Shown here in pieces: positions 46,315 through 56,113 of a DNA stretch of 64,000 nt. The position numbers were made by a program, and so were the translations under genes. The notes under the pieces were generated by a model. That model did not search any database. It was not told the origin of the DNA and saw only the letters and a list, made by a program, of their open reading frames with translations. The DNA is taken from the IMG/VR virus record IMGVR_UViG_3300020477_000014, positions 96,001-160,000 of that record, one strand, 5' to 3'. The stretch comes from a virus. Within the stretch, counting starts at the first letter, position 1, and the number at the start of each line of letters is the position of its first letter.

Positions 46315-47577
46315 ATGGAAAAAAGAAAGATAACATGTGACCCGCAAAATATAGCCGTGCGGGACGTCGTAAGAGATTATGACGCAAAACGAATGGCAAT
46401 CGTTAAAGACTTTCAACGTCGACTAGTATGGAAAAAGAAGACTATCGATCAATATATTGAATCAGTTAGCGAAGGTACGGCTGTGTCTGGCATTATTGTT
46501 GCTGATATTGAAAGCGGCACTGCTGCCTCTAAAACAATTGGAGATTTGCGTGGAATAAAGCGTTATGAAAAATTTTATAATGAAGGAAAGAGAACTATTA
46601 ATGAAGACGGTCAAAATCGTTTGCGAAAAGGCTTGATTCAGTTTGTGAACAACGATATTACCTTTACTGGTACTTTGTACGATCTCGAATATAAGCCTCG
46701 TGAGTTTGTCAATATAAAGTTTGAAAAACTTCCAAAAGAATTCCAACATGCTTTTTTGTCTAGTACTGTTTTGGTAGTTACTATCAAAAACGCACCATTC
46801 CGAAAGCTGCCGGCAATTTTCCGGAAGTTGAATGCTGGAAACGCTCTCAATAGAACCGAAATACGACAGTCTTTTCAGACGGAAATTGCAAATTGGATGC
46901 GGAAACATTGTGAAGGACAATTTGTAGAGATGTGGCCACGTTTTACGGGATGCTCGCGGGATAAGATTTTGCGCATGAGAGATATTGAATGGATGACTCA
47001 GGCATTTTTGACCTGCAATTCTTATACCAAGAATAGAAATTTTGGTAATGATGATATGGATTGGTTTTTTAAAATTGGAGAAGAAAAGCCGATGTCTAAG
47101 GTGCAAGAGTATGATATCGCAGAGCGTCAGCGTTTTATAACTATCCTTGAGACAGTACATAGCACTGTTCAACAACAACAAGCGGTGCCAGCATCGAAGA
47201 CGATCCCCCAACGTACGTTTTGGGCATTGTTGATGGTGGCTGAATATTTTTATGATAGTAATGGGAAATACAAAATTCATAGCTATGATCAGTTCTATAG
47301 AGATGTGTATGGTATTGATTCCCGCTTGGTAACTGACTCTAAGATTTTGCAATCACAAGATATTAAGAGCGCGCGCGCCAATCATCCGCACTTGAGTGAC
47401 GACGAGATAACCAAAGAGTTGGCACCCGATAATAACTATTATTGGAGACAGACTAATCGGACTCAGAGTGGACATTTTCGTGCGCTTCGTCGAGATACTT
47501 TAATTGCAGAAGTAAACCAGAGCATTAAAGCGGGTATCTTTACTTCTATTTCTGCTCCCGAAGAGGCGGCTGCGTAA
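46315..47577 (+). CDS. DUF262 (GmrS / ParB-Srx-like) domain protein
   Basis: DFQRRLVW, EDGQNRL and FRKLNAGNALNRTEIR, the three DUF262 signature motifs. Confidence 0.75.
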   Translation: MEKRKITCDPQNIAVRDVVRDYDAKRMAIVKDFQRRLVWKKKTIDQYIESVSEGTAVSGIIVADIESGTAASKTIGDLRGIKRYEKFYNEGKRTINEDGQNRLRKGLIQFVNNDITFTGTLYDLEYKPREFVNIKFEKLPKEFQHAFLSSTVLVVTIKNAPFRKLPAIFRKLNAGNALNRTEIRQSFQTEIANWMRKHCEGQFVEMWPRFTGCSRDKILRMRDIEWMTQAFLTCNSYTKNRNFGNDDMDWFFKIGEEKPMSKVQEYDIAERQRFITILETVHSTVQQQQAVPASKTIPQRTFWALLMVAEYFYDSNGKYKIHSYDQFYRDVYGIDSRLVTDSKILQSQDIKSARANHPHLSDDEITKELAPDNNYYWRQTNRTQSGHFRALRRDTLIAEVNQSIKAGIFTSISAPEEAAA

Positions 47578-47580
47578 GAA

Positions 47581-48489
47581 ATGAAAACTCCACTACGTTA
47601 TCCCGGCGGTAAATCCCGTGCCGTGAAGACACTAATGGAATTCATACCCGATGACTGTGGGGAGCTTTGCTCCCCCTTTCTTGGGGGTGGTTCTTTTGAG
47701 TTGGCGTTAGCAGAAAAAGGAATTAAAGTTTATGGCTCGGACATTTTCTTGCCATTGGTGTGGTTTTGGCAAGCACTATTAGCAGATCCCCACAAGCTGG
47801 CAGATGAATGCGCCAAGTTTTATACGGGCCCGCATCAATATGAGTATAAAAAGGTGGAGAAGCTCGTCGATTCAGAAACAGGCGAACCACTAACCGACCC
47901 GAAAACCGGGAAGCAGAGAACACGAACCTATCGCGAAAAATTGGAAGCCAAGGGGCTCCTTAAGAATGATTTTCATATTCTACGTCAGGAATTAAGAGCA
48001 GCAGTAGACAATGGCGATCGCCTTTCTTTTGAAAATGCTGCGCGCTTTTATGCTATAAATCGTAGTAGTTTTTCAGGAGCTACCTTCAGCGGGGGTTGGT
48101 CAATGCGCGCCTCTCATGCGCGTTTTACGCAATCTTCTATTGATAGAGTGAGGAACTTTCGTGAGCCGAACATATCAGTAGCATGCATGGATTTTTCCAA
48201 ATCTATCCCTCTGCATTCACATGCGTTTTTATATTTGGATCCTCCTTATATGCTGGGAGACTTAAAAGATAAATTATATGGAGACAAGGGCTCCACACAT
48301 AAAGGATTCGATCATATAGGTTTATATAATTTGTTGACACAACGAGACAGGTGGGTTATGTCTTATAATGACTCTCCGGTCATCCGAGAGCTTTATAAAG
48401 ACTATAAAATAGTAAAAGCTGCGTGGACATATGGAATGAACAAAACCAAAAAATCTTCAGAAATTATAATTGTAGGAGATAAAAAATGA
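47581..48489 (+). CDS. D12-class N6-adenine DNA methyltransferase (Dam-like)
   Basis: LRYPGGKS, SPFLGGGS, YLDPPY and MSYND. Confidence 0.92.
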   Translation: MKTPLRYPGGKSRAVKTLMEFIPDDCGELCSPFLGGGSFELALAEKGIKVYGSDIFLPLVWFWQALLADPHKLADECAKFYTGPHQYEYKKVEKLVDSETGEPLTDPKTGKQRTRTYREKLEAKGLLKNDFHILRQELRAAVDNGDRLSFENAARFYAINRSSFSGATFSGGWSMRASHARFTQSSIDRVRNFREPNISVACMDFSKSIPLHSHAFLYLDPPYMLGDLKDKLYGDKGSTHKGFDHIGLYNLLTQRDRWVMSYNDSPVIRELYKDYKIVKAAWTYGMNKTKKSSEIIIVGDKK

Positions 48490-49220
48490 AACATAATGGC
48501 ATAAAGTTTGAAAAACAAATAGTAAACTGTTATCGTATGCGGGATTTTAATAATCCCCATTACATGCCGGGTGTCATAGCAGCCACGCGTCATTTGATTA
48601 AAGCGTTCCCTCAAGGAAAAATTGTCCATCGCAGTGAGATCTCTTTGCGAGGAAGAGGACTTGGAGAGATCAAGGCAGACCTCTGGATAGAGGGCTTTGG
48701 CGTATCGGTTAAAATGAAAGACGCTGTACAGCTTTCTTCGGCTGAAGGGAAAGGTACTGCTAAAATTTTAGAGAAAGTTTATCAAGTTATCGAACCTTCT
48801 CTCGACGTAGGTCAAAAAGGACAGATTCAGGATATGATTCGCGACATTCGCACAATGCCTACGGTGATGGTAAGTGTCAAAAACCGCTCCAAAGCCAAGC
48901 AAAGAAAACCAAAAAAGTTTGCAGTGGCATCGGATTACGACACTTGGATGAAGCACGTGCGCCCGGCGCTCAATGAGAGCTTGAGGAATTGTTGGGATAT
49001 CTCAGAGTTTCACATAGCTACTATAGAGGAAATGTTAACTGGTCGCTTGTTGTTTTCAGATGGCGAGGGGGTTGCTGATTATATTTTGACCCCAAAATAT
49101 TTTAAGTATATTGACAGGGCATATACGCGCATGATCGCGGATGCTAGCAGCGTCGATGTAAGGGGTAAATCTCGAGGCGGAATCTCGTCCGGGGTGGTTA
49201 GGTTTGATACAAAAATTTAA
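48486..49220 (+). CDS. Putative PD-(D/E)xK endonuclease
   Basis: E...KADL...VSVK motif arrangement. ATGA overlap with the MTase. Confidence 0.45.
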   Translation: MKHNGIKFEKQIVNCYRMRDFNNPHYMPGVIAATRHLIKAFPQGKIVHRSEISLRGRGLGEIKADLWIEGFGVSVKMKDAVQLSSAEGKGTAKILEKVYQVIEPSLDVGQKGQIQDMIRDIRTMPTVMVSVKNRSKAKQRKPKKFAVASDYDTWMKHVRPALNESLRNCWDISEFHIATIEEMLTGRLLFSDGEGVADYILTPKYFKYIDRAYTRMIADASSVDVRGKSRGGISSGVVRFDTKI

Positions 49221-49231
49221 AGGAGGCAAAG

Positions 49232-50362
49232 GTGCCACGAAAAAAGAAGACGGAACCCAAAGCGGGACGCGTGTCTATTCAGGATCTGATATCGGTAGTA
49301 AACAAGAAAGCCGGCCGTGTAGTCGCACATGACTTGACCGGCGACAATCCCACACAAGTGAAAGAGTGGATCCCCACCGGATCCCGATGGTTAGATTCGA
49401 TTATTTGCAAGGGAAAACTTAGCGGCATCCCGGTAGGTAAAGTCACAGAAATCGCCGGACTTCAGTCTACGGGCAAGTCTTATATGGCTGCTCAGATTGC
49501 GTCCAATGCTCAGAAGATGGGGAAGGTGATTGTTTACTTCGATTCGGAGTCGGCTATTGATCCGGAGTTCCTACTCCGGTCCGGATGTAATTTAAAGAAA
49601 CTAATGTATATTCAAGCATTGTCAGTTGAATTTGTTCTCGAGACTATTGAAGATTTACTAGACAAAGGTGGAGATGAGGGCTTAGTTTTCATTTGGGATT
49701 CCCTGGCGTTTACGCCTTGTGTTTCAGATGTAGAAGGAGACTTTAACCCTCAATCATCGATGGCAATGAAGGCGCGCATTTTGGCTAAAGGGATGTCTAA
49801 GTTGACCATTCCTATTGCTGATAAGCGAGCCACCTTTATCGTTCTTAATCAATTGAAGACTAACATTCCTCAAGGACCGAACGCCCGTATTCAAGCGATG
49901 ACAACTCCATATACCACTCCTGGCGGGAAAGCGATGCACTACGCTTATTCTCTTCGCATTTGGCTCACCGGTCGCAAAGCCAAGAGTTCTTTTGTAGAAG
50001 ATGACAAGGGGTTTAGAATAGGATCGGAAGTTAAAGTTAAACTAGAGAAATCTCGTTTTGGAACACAAGGTCGATCGTGTAATTTTCGGATCTTGTGGGG
50101 AACTGAAGATGTAGGAATTCAGTGTGATGAGAGCTTATTTGAGGCTGTTAAAAGTTCCGACAGTCTAACTAGTGCGGGGGCATGGTATACCCTTCGCATG
50201 GAGGATGGATCGACCGTTAAGTTTCAGCCTTCCAAATGGAAAACCAAGATGCAAGATGAGACTTTCCGCAAGAGAATATATCAACTTATGGATGAAGAAG
50301 TGGTGATGAAATTTGATCAAAGAACCGGAAACGCTGAAGATTTTTATGAACCTGATGCTTGA
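49232..50362 (+). CDS. recA: RecA/UvsX recombinase
   Basis: IPTGS, EIAGLQSTGKS Walker A, FDSESAID, WDSLA, NQLK, TPGGKAMHY and KVKLEKSRF. Confidence 0.93.
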   Translation: MPRKKKTEPKAGRVSIQDLISVVNKKAGRVVAHDLTGDNPTQVKEWIPTGSRWLDSIICKGKLSGIPVGKVTEIAGLQSTGKSYMAAQIASNAQKMGKVIVYFDSESAIDPEFLLRSGCNLKKLMYIQALSVEFVLETIEDLLDKGGDEGLVFIWDSLAFTPCVSDVEGDFNPQSSMAMKARILAKGMSKLTIPIADKRATFIVLNQLKTNIPQGPNARIQAMTTPYTTPGGKAMHYAYSLRIWLTGRKAKSSFVEDDKGFRIGSEVKVKLEKSRFGTQGRSCNFRILWGTEDVGIQCDESLFEAVKSSDSLTSAGAWYTLRMEDGSTVKFQPSKWKTKMQDETFRKRIYQLMDEEVVMKFDQRTGNAEDFYEPDA

Positions 50363-50387
50363 CAAACACCCGTGAGTGTGTTATAAT
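50359..50387 (+). promoter_or_regulatory. Sigma70-type promoter with extended -10
   Basis: TTGACA-N17-TATAAT, with GAGTGTGT before the -10. Confidence 0.9.
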
Positions 50388-50431
50388 ATAGAGACGATGC
50401 AAATGTATCGTCTTTTTATCTGGAGGGATAA

Positions 50432-51415
50432 ATGAAGAGAGTATTAATTATCGATGCCTTAAATGCTTATTTAAGGGCGTACATCGTAGACCCCAGCTTG
50501 TCTCGACATGGGCAGCCGATCGGGGGACTGAAGGGGTTTGTGAAGATCCTTCAAAAATTAGTGAGGATCACCAAGCCCGATGAGGTGGTGGTGGTGTGGG
50601 ATGGACCGAACGGCTCCAAAAAGCGCAAAACAATGGACAAAAACTATAAAGCTGGACGCAAGCCGATCCGTCTTAATAGATCAGTGCACAATCTTACGGA
50701 TGACGAAGAGATCCAAAACAAAGTATGGCAACAAGCTAGGATCATGGAGTATCTCAATAACATGCCTATCATTCAGACTATGTTGCCGGAGATTGAAGCA
50801 GACGATGTGATCGCCTACCTCACACAGATGGAATCTTATGAGGGCTGGCAGAAGATTATTGTATCTAACGACAAAGACTTTATGCAATTGTGCGACCAAG
50901 AAACTGTTCTATGGCGCCCCACTAAGGATGAGTTTTTGAATACGAAACGCATCGTAGAACAGATCGGGGTTCATCCCGCCAATATGGCCTTGGCTCGAGC
51001 GATTATCGGAGATCCATCCGACAACCTTCCAGGCATCAAGGGTGCGGGATTCGCGACGGTTGCCAAACGGTTAGGTTTCTTAGCCTCAGAAGAGTCATAT
51101 ACCATCGATAAGGTGGTTGACTTTTGTAGTAAGTCTAAGAGCACCCTTAAGTTTTTCACTAACGTTGTGGAGCAACGTGAGACGATTGAGCATAACTATA
51201 AAATGATGCAATTATACATGCCGCAAATGTCGATCCAAGCCAAAGATTTTGTAAAGAATGCGGTGGTGAATTTTGAATGTGAGTTTAACCAGACTGCGAT
51301 CTTGGGAATGATGAGAGATGATGGCTTCGGTGAATTAAATTGGGAAGAACTAAAAGCCCACTTGAATCGTATTTCTCGCGAATGTTTTAAAGAATCTCGA
51401 CAAGAAAATGCGTAA
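50432..51415 (+). CDS. 5'-3' exonuclease / flap endonuclease (Pol I N-terminal domain, T4 RNase H-like)
   Basis: LIIDALN, VVWDG, YKAGR, EADDVIA, SNDKDFMQL and GDPSDNLPGIKGAG. Confidence 0.92.
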   Translation: MKRVLIIDALNAYLRAYIVDPSLSRHGQPIGGLKGFVKILQKLVRITKPDEVVVVWDGPNGSKKRKTMDKNYKAGRKPIRLNRSVHNLTDDEEIQNKVWQQARIMEYLNNMPIIQTMLPEIEADDVIAYLTQMESYEGWQKIIVSNDKDFMQLCDQETVLWRPTKDEFLNTKRIVEQIGVHPANMALARAIIGDPSDNLPGIKGAGFATVAKRLGFLASEESYTIDKVVDFCSKSKSTLKFFTNVVEQRETIEHNYKMMQLYMPQMSIQAKDFVKNAVVNFECEFNQTAILGMMRDDGFGELNWEELKAHLNRISRECFKESRQENA

Positions 51416-51420
51416 TGAAT

Positions 51421-51448
51421 TTGACATTTGGGATGAGTGTGTTATACT
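51421..51448 (+). promoter_or_regulatory. Sigma70-type promoter with extended -10
   Basis: TTGACA-N16-TATACT, with GAGTGTGT before the -10. Confidence 0.75.
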
Positions 51449-51472
51449 TAAAAGAGCTACGCGAGGGTTTAT

Positions 51473-52864
51473 ATGTTAGCTGAAAAAGCAAGTTTTGGAA
51501 GGTATGGGAAGACCTTTCAAGAGGGACTAGTACAATTAATTTTTGAGGATCGTCCTTTTGCCGATCAAATTACGGAAGTTCTAGATGGCAACTTCCTAGA
51601 GTTAGAATATCTAAGAGTGTTTTTGCGAAAGATTTTAGAGTATCGCGCCAAATACAATCGACACCCTTCAGTGGAGGCGATGACTAGCATTCTTCGTACG
51701 GAATTGGAAAGCGAAAACGAGACTAGCCGAACTCAGGTTCGTGAATATTTTGTTAAAATACATTCGAGAGAGCTTACGGATCCAGAATATATTAAGGAAA
51801 CTTCTTTGGATTTTTGTCGTAAACAAAATCTGAAAGAAGCGATGCTAAAATCAATTCCACTTTTGCAAAAAAATTCTTTTGATGAAATTTCGACGGTTAT
51901 TAATGAGGCGTTAAAATTAGGATCGGAAAATAATTTTGGATACGATTATATTGCCGATTTTGAGAAACGGTTCGAGCCAAAATACAGACGTCCCGTATCT
52001 ACGGGCTGGGCGGATATGGACAGCATTACTGGCGGCGGATTAGGTAAGAGCGAATTGGGAGTAGTTATTGCTCCCACAGGCGCCGGCAAATCTATGATAT
52101 TGGTTCATCTAGGATCCGAGGGGATTAAGGAGGGAAAAACAGTTATTCACTATACGTTGGAGTTGCAAGATACTGTTATTGCCACGCGTTATGATAGTTG
52201 TATAACTGGGTATCCCCTTTCAGATATAATTAACTTCAAAGATGAAGTGTATGATGAGATCAAAAACATTGAAGGCTCTCTTATTGTCAAAGAATATCCC
52301 ACCAAATCTGCCAACACCAACACTATTCGTGCCCACCTATCTAGACTTATAAAACGAGGGATTAAACCGGGTATGATTATTGTTGATTATGCGGATCTTT
52401 TAAAGCCTGTTACGGTTCGAAAAGAGAAAAGAAATGAATTGGAATCTATTTATGAAGAGCTACGAGCAATTTCCACGGAGTTTCAATGTCCTATCTGGAC
52501 GGCATCACAAACGAATCGTTCAGGATTGAGTGCTGAGGTGATCACCATGGAACAAATCTCGGAAGCTTTTAATAAGTGTTTTGTTGCTGATTTTATTTTT
52601 TCAGTTTCTAGAACAATTGAGGACAAACAAAACAATCAGGGGAAAATTTTTATTGCCAAGAACCGCAATGGCCCTGATGGGATGGTTTATAATATTTTTA
52701 TGGACACCAGCAATGTGAAGATTAAGATTTTGCCGAAAGCCGTTACGTCTCCGTTGGCAGCATCCGGACAAACCGCCCCCGTAGTGACGTCTCCAGTGTC
52801 TTTGAGTCCTAAGATGCAGCAAGACTTGTTACGAAATAAATATGCTAAATTAAAGAGGAAATAA
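51473..52864 (+). CDS. dnaB: Replicative DNA helicase (DnaB / gp41-like)
   Basis: IAPTGAGKS, YTLEL, IIVDYADL, WTASQTNR and AKNRNGPDG. Confidence 0.92.
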   Translation: MLAEKASFGRYGKTFQEGLVQLIFEDRPFADQITEVLDGNFLELEYLRVFLRKILEYRAKYNRHPSVEAMTSILRTELESENETSRTQVREYFVKIHSRELTDPEYIKETSLDFCRKQNLKEAMLKSIPLLQKNSFDEISTVINEALKLGSENNFGYDYIADFEKRFEPKYRRPVSTGWADMDSITGGGLGKSELGVVIAPTGAGKSMILVHLGSEGIKEGKTVIHYTLELQDTVIATRYDSCITGYPLSDIINFKDEVYDEIKNIEGSLIVKEYPTKSANTNTIRAHLSRLIKRGIKPGMIIVDYADLLKPVTVRKEKRNELESIYEELRAISTEFQCPIWTASQTNRSGLSAEVITMEQISEAFNKCFVADFIFSVSRTIEDKQNNQGKIFIAKNRNGPDGMVYNIFMDTSNVKIKILPKAVTSPLAASGQTAPVVTSPVSLSPKMQQDLLRNKYAKLKRK

Positions 52865-52867
52865 AAT

Positions 52868-54835
52868 ATGAGAAATACGCGAGCAATTCGTCGGTTTCGA
52901 CTTTCGGAACCTTTTGTCGAGCCCTATAAAACAGCCGACGTTCCATGGGGGCCGTTAGGATATGTTACCTTTAAGCGCACTTACGCGCGACGTCTCAGCG
53001 AGTTTGACGACGGCGCCGGTGGTACCGAAGAGTGGTGGCAGACATGCCGCCGCGTGGTTGAGGGCATGTTTAATATGCAGAAACAGCACGTGGTCACACT
53101 CGGATTAGAGTGGAATGACGCCAAGGCACAAAAAACAGCCAAGGAGGCATTTGATCGCCTCTTCCATCTGAAGTGGACTCCCCCCGGTCGCGGTTTGTGG
53201 ATGATGGGAACCAAGTTTGTAGAAGAGCGAACAGCCGCCGGCCTTTTTAATTGTGCCTTTAGATCTACCAGAGATATAGCGCACAAGGGAGGCTATCTCT
53301 TTGCGTGGATGATGGACGCTCTAATGGTGGGCATTGGCGTAGGTTTTGATACCGAAGGTGAGGGAACTATCACGATCAAAGAACCCCAGTACAATAACGA
53401 TACTTATGTGATTGATGATTCTCGCGAAGGGTGGGTTAACAGCGTTCACATTCTATTGGACGGCTTTTTCTTTGGAGACAAGGTACCTAAATTTGACTAT
53501 TCTGCTATTCGCCCCCAAGGTGCACCAATTAAAGGGTTCGGAGGCACCTCTAGTGGCGCTGGGCCTCTAAAAGAGTTGCATGAGAATCTAGTCGACTTGT
53601 TTTCTCCCAAGGTGGGAGAACCTATTTCGTCCGTAGACATTGTGGACACCGAAAACCTCATTGGTCGCTGTGTGGTCGCCGGCAATGTTCGCCGATCGGC
53701 TGCCTTGGCTATGGGAAAATATAACGACCGTCGCTATCTCGAGATGAAAAATGATCAAGAGAAACTATACCATCACCGCTGGGGATCCAACAATTCCTTC
53801 AATGCGTTGGTGGGTATGGACTATACGTGGCATGCGGCTCAATCTCAAAAGAACGGAGAGCCCGGATACATCTGGCTTAATAATGCGAGAACTCGTGGTC
53901 GCTTTAAAGATCCAGAGCGCTATGACGACATTAATGTCGCAGGGTTTAACCCCTGTGTGGAACAACAATTAGAAGACGCAGAGCTTTGTTGTTTGGTAGA
54001 AACGTTTCCCGCCAAACATGACACATATGAAGACTATCTGCGCACCCTTAAGATAGCCTATTTGTATGGAAAGACTGTAACCCTCTCCAATACACACTGG
54101 CCCGAGACTAATGCTAAAATGCTAAAGAATCGTCGTATTGGCTTATCTCAATCTGGAGTGGTCCAGGCGTTTAATCGTCACGGGCGCCGCGAGATGCTTA
54201 ACTGGTGCGACAACGCCTACCAGCACGTGTTAGAGTTGGATGAAGAATATTCTAACTGGCTTTGTATTCCTAAGTCAGTGCGCATGACCTCGATTAAGCC
54301 ATCGGGAACCGTTTCGCTTCTTAATGGATCCACACCCGGGATTCACCATCCTGAAGACGAATACTATATTCGGCGTATACGCTTCTCAAAAGACTCAGAG
54401 CTTCTTGCGAAGCTAGAGCAAGCTGGGTATGTAATTGAGGAAGATAGCTATTCTCCCAATACGATGGTGGTGGAATTTCCTGTGCACGAGCCTTATTTCA
54501 GCAAGGGCAAGAGAGACGTCAGTATGTGGGAACAGTTAGAGATTGCCGCCCAATACCAACATTATTGGGCAGACAATAGTGTTTCCATCACGGTCACATT
54601 TCAAGAGCACGAAGCAAGCCAGCTAAAGTCAGCGTTAGAAATGTATGAAACGCGGCTGAAGGCGGTTTCTTTTATTAAATACGCCCAAACAGGATACAAG
54701 CAGGCTCCTTACGAGCCTATCACGCAAGAGCAATACGAAACCATGTCATCGCGAATTACGCCCGTCACCAATTTTCAAACAGAACAACAAGGAAACGGCA
54801 CCAAATTCTGTGATGGCGACTCATGTATCATATAG
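52868..54835 (+). CDS. nrdJ: Class II (B12-dependent) ribonucleotide reductase
   Basis: PPGRGLW, FNCAF, GNVRRSA, NPCVEQ, LCCLVE, TSIKPSGTVS and C-terminal CDGDSC. Confidence 0.92.
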   Translation: MRNTRAIRRFRLSEPFVEPYKTADVPWGPLGYVTFKRTYARRLSEFDDGAGGTEEWWQTCRRVVEGMFNMQKQHVVTLGLEWNDAKAQKTAKEAFDRLFHLKWTPPGRGLWMMGTKFVEERTAAGLFNCAFRSTRDIAHKGGYLFAWMMDALMVGIGVGFDTEGEGTITIKEPQYNNDTYVIDDSREGWVNSVHILLDGFFFGDKVPKFDYSAIRPQGAPIKGFGGTSSGAGPLKELHENLVDLFSPKVGEPISSVDIVDTENLIGRCVVAGNVRRSAALAMGKYNDRRYLEMKNDQEKLYHHRWGSNNSFNALVGMDYTWHAAQSQKNGEPGYIWLNNARTRGRFKDPERYDDINVAGFNPCVEQQLEDAELCCLVETFPAKHDTYEDYLRTLKIAYLYGKTVTLSNTHWPETNAKMLKNRRIGLSQSGVVQAFNRHGRREMLNWCDNAYQHVLELDEEYSNWLCIPKSVRMTSIKPSGTVSLLNGSTPGIHHPEDEYYIRRIRFSKDSELLAKLEQAGYVIEEDSYSPNTMVVEFPVHEPYFSKGKRDVSMWEQLEIAAQYQHYWADNSVSITVTFQEHEASQLKSALEMYETRLKAVSFIKYAQTGYKQAPYEPITQEQYETMSSRITPVTNFQTEQQGNGTKFCDGDSCII

Positions 54836-54844
54836 GAGAGAGTA

Positions 54845-55150
54845 ATGTTTAAACCCCTTAATCGTTATTTATTAATAGAAAAGCCATCTCAAAAGCCAAA
54901 CGAAACCCAATCAGGTATCGTGCTGCCAGATGATTATAAGCCGATAGAAGCACCTCACGTGGTTGTTAAATTAGTAGACTATGCAGAAGATGTGAGATTC
55001 AAGCAAGATCTGCGCGGCTTAGAGAGTCAGGTTGCCGTTAATGAATTGTACGTAATGGTGGACAGATCTATGATCGAGGAAATTGTTCATAATGGAACTA
55101 ATTACTGCATGATCCTTGACAATTATGTGAAAGGAGTTTTTACGAAATAG
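54845..55150 (+). CDS. groES: GroES-like co-chaperonin
   Basis: MFKPLNRYLLIE...TQSGIVLP mobile loop. 101 aa. Confidence 0.75.
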   Translation: MFKPLNRYLLIEKPSQKPNETQSGIVLPDDYKPIEAPHVVVKLVDYAEDVRFKQDLRGLESQVAVNELYVMVDRSMIEEIVHNGTNYCMILDNYVKGVFTK

Positions 55151-55163
55151 GGGTATTCGTTTA

Positions 55164-56075
55164 ATGGCGATAGACAAGAATTTTTACAATCAAGCATCGG
55201 CAGCCAAGCTTGGGTGGACGCCGAATTGGTTTGGAGAAAAACACTTTGATGAGCGCTTAGTGCGCGCAGTTAAGAAGTGGCAGAAAGCGCATGGACTGAG
55301 TGGCGATGGACTGGTCGGACCCATGACTTATGCGCGGGTTTGGACAGAGCGACAGGGTGAGATTGATGAACACAAGCCGGACGCTAGCTCTATAAAATAC
55401 TCTAATTATATTGTATACAATAGCGAGTTTTATCCTATTAACTGGGACAAGGTGGTGTTGTGGTCAGAGGACGCAGGCATGAAGGCGGCGCCAGGAAATT
55501 ATTATGATTACACCGGGCGATCCAAGCGCGGTATTCGTCTCTTCGTTAATCACTGGGATGTATGTTTGAATTCTAAATCCTGTCAGCGTGTTCTTAACAA
55601 TAGAGGAATTTCGGTTCATTTTTTGATTGACAACGATGGCACCATCTATCAAACTTTAGATATGCAGCACGGCGCTTTCCACGCTGGTCACCAACGAACT
55701 AATCGAGCGTCGGTGGGAGTTGAAATTTCTAATGCATTCTATCCCAAATACCAAAATTGGTACAAGAGAAATGGGTACGGAAAAAGACCACTAGTAAAGG
55801 GAGCGAGCGTCCACGGAAGACCTATAGAAACTTTCACGGATTTCTACCCCATTCAAATTGAGGCTGCCAAAGCTCTGTGGGAAGCGGTCGAAGGATGTAC
55901 AGATGTGGAATTTGAAACACCTTTGGAGTCTGGAAAGACATCCATGAAATATGAGCAACATGTAGTGTATGGAAATTATAAAGGGATCGTCAGCCACTAT
56001 CATTGTAGTAAGAAAAAAATGGACTGTGCGAACCTAGACATAAGAAAGTTACTAAATGACCTTGCCGAAGAGTAG
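55164..56075 (+). CDS. Endolysin: peptidoglycan-binding domain + Amidase_2
   Basis: AVKKWQKAHGLSGDGLVGPMT, then NHWD, SVHFLIDNDGTIYQ, FHAG, NRASVGVEI and HYH...KMDC. Confidence 0.88.
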   Translation: MAIDKNFYNQASAAKLGWTPNWFGEKHFDERLVRAVKKWQKAHGLSGDGLVGPMTYARVWTERQGEIDEHKPDASSIKYSNYIVYNSEFYPINWDKVVLWSEDAGMKAAPGNYYDYTGRSKRGIRLFVNHWDVCLNSKSCQRVLNNRGISVHFLIDNDGTIYQTLDMQHGAFHAGHQRTNRASVGVEISNAFYPKYQNWYKRNGYGKRPLVKGASVHGRPIETFTDFYPIQIEAAKALWEAVEGCTDVEFETPLESGKTSMKYEQHVVYGNYKGIVSHYHCSKKKMDCANLDIRKLLNDLAEE

Positions 56076-56090
56076 AAAGTGTGTTATAAT
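56062..56090 (+). promoter_or_regulatory. Sigma70-type promoter with extended -10
   Basis: TTGCCG-N17-TATAAT, with AAGTGTGT before the -10. Confidence 0.7.
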
Positions 56091-56113
56091 ATAATGTACA
56101 AAAGAGGTGAAAT

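Noticed and set aside
46462-47352. 296-aa minus-strand ORF, the longest antisense ORF in the track
   Set aside because: It lies fully opposite the motif-bearing DUF262 gene, has no recognisable motif or SD, and no minus-strand gene is supported anywhere else in the window.
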